A stretch of 63,984 nucleotides of DNA, the filler included, from Conidiobolus incongruus B7586 (lineage: Eukaryota), in the NCBI GenBank assembly GCA_000697335.1. It is 9 parts of 9 records of this genome, joined end to end, with 100 filler letters (N's around TTAATTAATTAA, not from the genome) between each part and the next. Parts side by side here need not be neighbours in the genome. Positions count along the whole stretch, not along the records: positions 48,786 to 58,125 come from JNEM01000153.1; positions 58,226 to 62,047 come from JNEM01000160.1; positions 62,148 to 63,984 come from JNEM01000190.1; 6 more parts are not named here. One strand, 5' to 3'. The notes below the pieces were generated by a model. It did no database searches and was not told the origin of the DNA. It saw nothing but the letters and a program-made list of their open reading frames with translations. Position 1 is the stretch's first letter, and every line of letters starts with the position of its first letter. This document shows, in pieces, positions 55,151 to 63,984 of the stretch. The position numbers were made by a program, and so were the translations under genes.

Positions 55151-55779
55151 TTAGTTGAAGCCCAAACCAAGACACTTTCTCTTTTTAAAAGCTTGGGACA
55201 TGGATAGGCCTTGATTGAATTGCTTTTCTAAGTTTTCTTTCAAATCTTGTTCCTTTTCTTTACTCTCATTAACTATAAATTTTTTTTTTGAAATTTATTA
55301 AAATTATTGCCACCTTTAATACACATTAATTTCATAAATTTTTGTTGTATTTGAGTCATTATTTCATGATTATTATTAATTATTATGGCTGTATTAAGAT
55401 TAGAATAACAAATTCATCATTGGATTCAATATTCTGATAAATTAAATATTAAAATAAATACTAAAAAATATAAAAAAATTGAATAATACACTTGGTTAGT
55501 AAAAGTATTTTCAATTGATTTATCTTCTTTAAGTTCTTTATTCTTTTATCCTTATTAGGTTTTTAATTTTTTCTTTTTTTGGATTTTTTAGAAGGTGATT
55601 CGGATTTAATTTCAATTTTATTAATTTTCTTTAATTCATTGAATTTTTTTTATCTTTATCTTCTCTTGATTTTCATTTTTGGCCCTTGAGCCTATAATTA
55701 TTCTAAAATTAATAAGATTTTAGTATAGATATTATATTCAAATCTACTTTTATATTTTATTTAGTTTATTTGATTCCAT
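55151..55779 (-). pseudogene. Small acidic protein (SMAP)-domain / KNOP1-like gene, disrupted, about 4 exons
   Basis: Lys-rich exon, then QQKFMKLMCIK and EQDLKENLEKQFNQGLSMSQAFKKR...CLGLGFN*, matching the SMAP pattern KFLRLMG...LEQQY...GLGF. GT-AG introns retained. Premature TAA in exon 1 and frameshifts. Absent from the ORF track. Confidence 0.6.
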
Positions 55780-58700
55780 TGTTATTATTAATTTTATAGT
55801 GCTTTATGAAATTTCAAAATTCAATAGATTTTGTTTATTATATTTTGATTTTTTACAACAGATTATGGGATGAGATGGGAATAATATTATATTGAAAAAT
55901 CATTATAAAAATTATATTGTAACAGTTATTCACATTCGAAATTCGATTTTAGTTATATATTTATTTATTATTTTTTCTCTCATTTATTTTATTTTCTACA
56001 TCAATAAATTTTTCTTTGATTAAATTGACAATTTATATTTCATTCAACGTCTTGTATTGAATAATTTTTTATAATCTCAATCTATCTATGTTGATTACCA
56101 TATATAGTAGTTGAATCAGAAATAAAATAATTATTAGTTATATTAAAATAATTTTGAAATCACTAGTTTTTAGATTGAAAAATATCAATTACAAAATATC
56201 AATTAATTTAGTTAAAATTTTATTTTGAATTAAAATTATTAAAATAGAATTTGAATTTTAGCCAAATATAATAAATGTATCTATAATTCTTGGAAACATT
56301 ATTTATTATTGATATTGAAAAAACAATAATGTTATTAATTAATAATTAGTATACAGAAATAGCATATTGTTAATTATTTCCTATTAATTTTCATCCGGTT
56401 TCGGACTTAATAACTAACCAAATTTTCAAAACGAGGAATCACCAAAAATAATTTTTTAGCCATAAATTAAACCGCCAACTATTAACTAATATTTTAAATA
56501 TCAAAATTTTTTTATTTTAAAAAATTAAATAAATAAAAGCATTGTACTGTTTAAGCATTTTTATTAATTTTTCAATAATTTAAAATTAATTAATTAATTT
56601 TTTTTATGATATTAAAATAGCAATATTAAAAAGGCTGCAATATTAATCCCGAGAATATGTTAATTAATTTATTTCATTATTGAAAATTGATGAAATAAAT
56701 GCATCCTAAATTTGACTGCTAAATTATAAAATTGATGATGAAAATTTATGATTATGCGAATATTCTAGGCCAAACTAATTATTCGGATGAATAAATTCAA
56801 TCCAATCTAGATTATTAAACGTAGATATTGTAGTTAATATTGCTGAAAGTTATTTTTTTTACTCTAATTTCTTGAAATTAAAAATTAATTAAGAATATCA
56901 ATTAATAATGATCAAAATAAAATTTACAATGATATTTTAAATGTATTATTTAATATTAATACATCATTTATTATGAATTTAATTTAAAATTTAACGATTT
57001 ATTTCATATTAAATATTATAATTATAAATTAATATATTCAAGTATAAATAATTATAATTGTAATATTTATATCATAATACTTTCGTGTTATTTCGGAAAT
57101 AATTTAGTGTATTTCTTTTACTATGAATTTAAATATACTTAATATTAAAAATATTAACCGAATTTTGTTTGATTATTTTTGAATATTGAAGTATTTAGAA
57201 ATTATAAAATTTCTATAATTTGATTATTGTTATTATTTGTAATCATGCTATCAAATTTTATATCTTATAAAAAAATATATTTTTTTTAATTACAAATTAT
57301 TTCGTAATTTTTTATAAAAAATAAGTAAAAACATATCAAGATTTTAATTTTCAAAACATTATTTTTCTATGCTGCACCAGTTTTAAATGAAATGACTCCT
57401 TTTTTGAAATTTGATTTAAATATAAGATGATAATTTTATGACATCATAGCTTTATCAATTATAACTTTCAAATTTGAAAATATTACGTAATTTTCATTAA
57501 TTTACTTTGATATATTTATTTTATTGATTGTTACTAGATTTGTTTAAATAAATTATTAATATATTTTTTTAAAATAAAAAGTTAGTCTTAATCTAATACT
57601 TAACTATTAATTCATAATTTAAAATGGTCATTCAATTTGTAATTAATTCATTCGTCAATTTAATATATTTTTTAATTATAATGAATCTGAATTAATACTA
57701 TTTTTAATATATAAGATAATTTTCATATATTTAAAACTGTTATGATGAAATAAATATTTCAAATTAAATTTTGTATTTTAATTTTGAATCATATTTAACT
57801 TATAGTTTTTTATAGTAATATCATCTCCTATCATCAAACCAAAACATTCACCTGTTAATAAATTTTTATAATCAGATTATAAATTTATAGATCTTATTAA
57901 ATATTAGTTAATTCGAATTTAATTTTATATATTTTAATCATTTTTTTTTGAATATTCTGATAACATATTTTTATCAAATTGCATCATAAATATTTTATCA
58001 ATTTATTTATAACTATTTATACCTTCTTTTTTAATTTTTTTTTATTCAAATTATATATATAGTATTAATATTTTAATTTATAATTTTAATGATCAAATTT
58101 TTATATTTTAATAAATAAAGATAAANNNNNNNNNNNNNNNNNNNNNNNNNNNNNNNNNNNNNNNNNNNNTTAATTAATTAANNNNNNNNNNNNNNNNNNN
58201 NNNNNNNNNNNNNNNNNNNNNNNNNTTTTTGTTATATTTTTATAATAATATTATATTTATTTATATTAAATAACTTATAAATATATTTTTTATTATGTTT
58301 TTTATAATTCTAACATATTTAAGTTTAAATGTATTTTTATTATTATTCTTAATTACTTTAACTATAATAAACTAGTTAACATTAGTAATTCTAATAATAT
58401 TATAAGTTAATTGACTTTTTTTATAAAATTGATTAATATATCAATGTATTTTTTTAAAGAAGGATTTTAATATAATAATACTAATAAAATAATTTTAATA
58501 TATTTATAAAATATCATATAAAATAATAACAAAAAAAGAAAAAGGATATAGTTATATATTGTTAAATATATCCCTATATCTCAAAAACCTGTAAATTTAT
58601 AACTTATCTTAGTTAAATATTAATAATTAATATTTTTCCTAATAGTTCACTAAATATATTTAAATATATTAATTTCATATCAAATAATATTCTTTAATTA

Positions 58701-60843
58701 TATTATATAATTTTAGGTAATTTAATATATACAGTTGTTTTAGTTATTAATTAATATATATTTTTTTAATTTTATGACTGACTTTTATAGGTTGGTATAT
58801 AATTATTAAGAAATATATAATGATAAAGCTATAAAATAATTTCTATTTAACAATAATCAAAAAAATAATATATCTATTATACTCATAAGATCATAACCTC
58901 TAAAATTATAATTGTTTTAGGCTATTAAATAATATAATTATAAGAAAATAACATTATACTTAGAATTAATTAGTTTACAAAATATCAAATTTCATCCTTA
59001 AATAAAAAGAATTCCTTGTTATTTGATTAATAAACATCTTATTTAAATTTGATTTCAAATAAATCTCACAATTTAAAATTTGAAGTGATAGTTAAGAAAT
59101 AATGATATATTAAAATTAATGAAAAAATTAATATGATAAAAAGATAAATTGTTTCGCAAAGCATTGGAAAGCTTAAACTCTTTAGAAAAAAAATTAGTAA
59201 ACTAATATAGTTTAATAATCTGCTAATAGTGAATGACACTAATCAATATAATTTAAAATCAATGTTTAATCGTTACATAAATTTTTATAATAAATTCCAA
59301 AGGAAACAAAGTATATATATATAATGGTATATTTTATAATTTAATTTGAATTTTAAACTTATAATTATCAAAAAGGATGAAATTATTTGAAATGATAAAT
59401 ATTAATGAATATTTTTTGATAAATTATAATTGTAATTTATCATTTAGATATTATAAATAATTCAGCATTATTCCAATTGGAATTTCTTGTACTTTGATAT
59501 ATTTATCAAATTATCAATTTCAATTTATGAATTTTTTAATACTTGACTATTAACATCATATGGATAGACAAGATAAATCATAATAAATTAAAGTTGTTCA
59601 GTTTAGTGTATTGACTATATTTTCGCTTAATATAGAAGAATGAATTTAAATTAATTTTTTCAGATCTATTATATTATAATTTTAGTTCCAACGTTTATTG
59701 GATTAATAAAAACAGAAGAAATGCCAATGATATTACATTGTATTATAATATAACCAATGAAATAGTATAATAGCTGCATAATATTAGAAGGCGGCTATTT
59801 GAATGAATCTTGCAAATAAAATGGAGATTATTGTGATGCTGTATTTTAATCTAATTTGGATTGTGCTATAAACTGAATTAATATTCAGATGAATTATATT
59901 AAAACTGTCAAAAGTTGTAAAATGACAACAGATTCATAATTAATTCATAGGAGTATTAGCCCTAGACTAATATGATAATATGTTTCTTCCAAATTGAAAT
60001 AAGTATAATATTCATTACATTCTTTTTGTGCAATATGATAATAAAATAAATTGAATTTTAAGGATCTATTTTTTCAAGATATTTTAAGCTCTATAATCTT
60101 CATTATTATGAATAATTATAAATGTTGACTGATGGTAATCCAGTTATAGGAAAAGTGGATATGATATTTATGTAGTTGTATATAAAACTCCATAAATATA
60201 TGCTGATAAAGTATAAATTCGATCAAATACTATTTTTAAAATGATATTAATGAAAATTGCTTTCTTAATGATCATTATTAATCAAAAATAAATTCTAATG
60301 ATGTTGTTATTATATTGGCTTGTTTTTTATGTTTGAAATATTTAATATTAAATTAGTCATATATTTAAAAATAATATGTATTTTATATCATGTTTTTCTG
60401 CTAAAGTATAAGCAATGAATAAATTAATGTACTGATATTTCAACTTATATGATCATTCATGTAATGAATTTTTATCAAAATTGATATACAAGTGAATATA
60501 TCTTGTCTGTAGTTATAAATTATATAATCAATTATGATAATTAGATAATTAGATAAGCCTATTTTTTATATGAATTGATCTTTATGATATATGATTGTGT
60601 GTCTTCTCATAACATTAAAAAATATAAAAATTAAGTATAATTCATAAAATAAATTTATAATATTTTTACTAATAAATAATATTCAAACAATAATATGGTA
60701 AAAATTATTTATGATTAAGTTTGCGCAAATAATAAGGGATAAGGGATAAGGTTTTATGGTTACATTGCATATTTTAATGAATTTTTCAATATTGACCGGG
60801 GATCAAACAACCTGGTATAAGCAGTATCAAATAAATTATTTAC

Positions 60844-60871
60844 AATAATAATAATAATAATAATAATAATA
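60844..60871. repeat. (AAT)n microsatellite
   Basis: Perfect AAT run. Confidence 0.88.
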
Positions 60872-61247
60872 TGTGTTAATTGGAGAATATTTAAATGCTT
60901 TATCAATTAAAGAATATTACAATTTTGAAAATTATCTCAATTTGTATAGTGTTATATGATATGATGAAATACAAACTTAACTGATATTCATATCCAAAAA
61001 TATTGGATTATTATCAGGTTTGAGCCAATCAAATAAATTATTTAGTTATTTAAGTAACTTAAAATCATTAAATTTACCACCAAATTTAGTGAATCACCAA
61101 TAGAACACTGCATTGATTTGTGCATTTAATCAAGGTTACTCTAATGTTAAACCAAGGTATAAAAATTAATCCAGGGTCACATAACATTCTATTCATCATT
61201 TAAAGTATAGTTATTAATGTGCTAATAGCAAAAGAGTAAATATAATA

Positions 61248-62047
61248 ATGAGTAATTATCCTGAATCTGTTCACTCCTCGCAACACTCTAAACACATAAA
61301 CACTCGCAACAGTTATTACGTCACGAAAAATTATGGAGCTGTGGATGATCCTGCAAATGAACAGAGCGATACTGAACACTCACCCTTCCAACTAAATCGC
61401 ATTCAAGCTCCCTCTCTATTATCTTGGTCAAGGCTTTCAACAACTTTCAACGGTCGCAAAAGCTCCAAATATTTAATGCTAACAGCGACTCTTGGTATAG
61501 TCATTCTGATCATTTCCTTAACCACATTTATATTAGGTTTAAATAGAGTAGTAACGCCTACTAAGCCACATCACCCCAAACCACATCCCAAGCCCAAACT
61601 ACCTCCAAATCCTGTTAAAATATTTCAAGAATATCCCAAAACTGACAAAATTCGCGAAAATTTAAAACTTATCACAGCAGGTGTACATATAGCAGGAAAG
61701 AACGAATCGTTCGCCAATTGGATTCAAACTCAATTCGAAAGTTACGGTCTTAAGAGTGAAAAAGTAACATATTACCCATACCTCAATTATCCAAAATACC
61801 GCAGATTAGCTATCTTAGATCCTCCAAAGTTCCAGTATGAAGCGAAACTGACTGAAAAAGCAATTGATGAGGATCCTACAAGTCATAACACGAATATTAG
61901 TCCAACGTTCCATGGGTATTCCGCAGATGGTAATGTTACTGCCAAGTTAGTATTTGCAAATTATGGAAGGCCCCAAGATTTCAAAGCTTTAAAAAAGAAA
62001 GGGATCTCCGTGACAGGCAGAATTGTTCTGGTGAAATATGGTAAGAA
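61248..62047 (+). CDS. M28B glutamate carboxypeptidase II / transferrin-receptor-like protein (Tre1/Tre2/Vps70 family), 5' part (3' lost in gap)
   Basis: Type II membrane topology (one TM segment after a cytosolic N-terminus), HIAG, YYPYLNYP and PA-domain PTFHGYSADGNVTAKLVFANYG...GRIVLVKYG. Confidence 0.88.
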
Positions 62048-63296
62048 NNNNNNNNNNNNNNNNNNNNNNNNNNNNNNNNNNNNNNNNNNNNTTAATTAAT
62101 TAANNNNNNNNNNNNNNNNNNNNNNNNNNNNNNNNNNNNNNNNNNNNCCTAATGATTATTATATTTAAGTATTATACTTTATTTATAACAAATTATCAAA
62201 ATTAATTTTTAAAAAAATATCTTGGCCAATTCTACTATATATATCTTTTAAATTAAATTCTATCGGTATTATCAGATATTATAAATATAATAAATTTGAA
62301 AAAACAATACTAACTCCAGATTTAATTTTAATAACTAATAACAATTAATCAAAATTTATCTAACAAAAGAAAATATTATTAATTTCCAAAGTATTAATAT
62401 TATTATTATTATTATAAATAGATATATTACAACAATCTAATTAAAAATAATACATCATATTATTATTATTTAAAAGGAAAAAACTATAACTAAAAAATTA
62501 GTAATAAAAAGTAAACCAATAAACTAATAAAAACGTGATTATAAAAATAATGAAATAATATAAATGTTGTCAAAACTATATAATAATATTCTGAAATTAA
62601 CCTTTTGCCAGTTAAATGAATTATTAAAATATAAAACTAGTATAAAGTATATGTGATTGAATTGAAATATGTTTGTAGAATATAATTAATAACGAATATT
62701 TAATTATTATGGATATTTGATAATTTAGCCTTCATGTAACAACAATATTCAAATACTCTTATTGCTATATCAAGTTAATTCCAAACATCAGTATTATATC
62801 AGATTTGATTCCTTTTATATAATAAATAATTAATTAAACTAATATTTTGTGGTTAATATTAAATATCGTTTTTTCACATTTTTCGATTAAATAAAAGGTA
62901 TCAATCAAAAAATTAAATTAATTTGATATTATTAAATTAATTTATAAAAATGAAAAATACAATTATAATAGATTAATTAAATTAATCAATTCACTAAATA
63001 TTATTGTGTTTAAAAATGTTAAACTATGATATAATAATTAATATTAAAATATTTTCAATATGAGGCATTTTAATAATTAATTTAATATAATATTTGATTG
63101 AATTAAGACTTTATTGAAAAATATATCAAACAATATTTATTATTTGATATAAAATAGTTTAATATAAAGTTATAATTATAACGAATCTATTATTATCAGT
63201 TTTAATAATCTAATAATATATTGAAGTATTAATTAATATATTAACAGTTTCAAAATTACTATTATTATTATTAAATTAACACTTCTTGGGAAAGCT

Positions 63297-63565
63297 ATAT
63301 CCAAAGTAATAAAAGTAAAAAAGAGAGATCTGGGGAATTCCAGGTAAGTATTAAGGAGATAAGGGGTTTGTTGATTTAAGTCAAATAATTGGGAGAACCC
63401 AAATCAAACTCCTCTTGCTAAGGATAGCTTTAATTCCAAGTTTTATATGATATAAGTTGGGTAAGGTGATTCATAAGATTATCTGGTGACTTATATCATC
63501 AGCCAATTAAAAAATAAAATAACAGCAGATAGTATATAAGGGAGAAATAATAAACATCCGGTTGA
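63297..63565 (-). mobile_element. Degenerate non-LTR (LINE-like) reverse-transcriptase remnant
   Basis: One minus-strand frame carries LADDI (63506-63492), LGIKAILSKR (63440-63411; cf. GLxINxxK) and FYYFGY (63314-63297; cf. FKYLG) at RT-like spacing. A frameshifted Q/GCLL/SP-like stretch precedes it. Internal stops present. Confidence 0.45.
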
Positions 63566-63984
63566 TATAAGGATACTTAGGTAGAAGGGAGTCATATGAC
63601 TAATGACAATATTAAAAATTTACCTAAATTTAATTAATAAATTTTGATTAAATATATATAAATTAATTAAATTAATAATATAAATTAATTTTTTTTGGTT
63701 TTATATTGATTAACTTACTTAATTAAAAAATATCAACTTAATTTGTATATATTATTTATAAAAAAAATTATATTTCTTTTTTTAAATAAATATCTATAGT
63801 ATAAATAATAAAATTTTTATTAATATTTTTAATAAAAACTGATAATTAATATAATTATAAACAATATATATTTTATAAAAAAATCAAAACCAATAACTAA
63901 AATATTTAAAGTTATATATTAATTTTGGATGATTATTTTTACTTTGTATTAATATTTATTTGATATTTATTTTTTTTATTATTT

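Noticed and set aside
60732..60751. TAAGGGA repeats as an interstitial telomere
   Set aside because: Fewer than three units and not TTAGGG; treated only as a possible GATA-type motif.
63339..63350. ATACTTACCTGG on the minus strand (U1 snRNA 5' end); similar ATACTTACCTG near 10626 on the plus strand
   Set aside because: No U1 stem-loop I (GATCACGAAG loop) or Sm site follows. It is simply the complement of a splice-donor consensus.
1..63984. CRISPR arrays, rRNA genes, intact transposons or prokaryotic operons
   Set aside because: No repeat-spacer arrays, rRNA-like tracts, long transposase/pol ORFs or paired terminal repeats seen. Gene structure is eukaryotic.

Overview
Very AT-rich eukaryotic genomic scaffold. 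Short GT-AG introns and the gene set point to a fungus; an early-diverging lineage such as Zoopagomycota/Entomophthorales is an inference, not demonstrated. Eight 100-nt assembly spacers (N44-TTAATTAATTAA-N44) interrupt the window. Recognisable genes: two divergently oriented, intron-sharing alpha/beta-hydrolase paralogs, the 3' end of a Prp2/DHX16-like DEAH helicase, a small membrane protein, a Tsc10-like 3-ketosphinganine reductase, a DcpS/Dcs1 scavenger decapping enzyme, a stand-alone response-regulator receiver protein, a Gvp36-like BAR protein, a Rer2/DHDDS cis-prenyltransferase, an intronless bacterial-type ThiE/TenI-like protein, tRNA-His(GTG), complex I subunit NDUFA5, a PIM/PAS-like kinase and the 5' part of an M28B peptidase/transferrin-receptor-like protein. 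Intergenic DNA holds eroded remnants: two probable non-LTR reverse-transcriptase fossils, a SMAP-domain pseudogene and a membrane-protein frame broken only by TGA codons. Best leads are the ThiE-like horizontal-transfer candidate, a GC-rich self-complementary island directly upstream of tRNA-His, the TGA-interrupted frame, the single-domain receiver and the His-to-Arg change in the DcpS HIT triad. All family calls come from motif recognition by eye; no database search was run.
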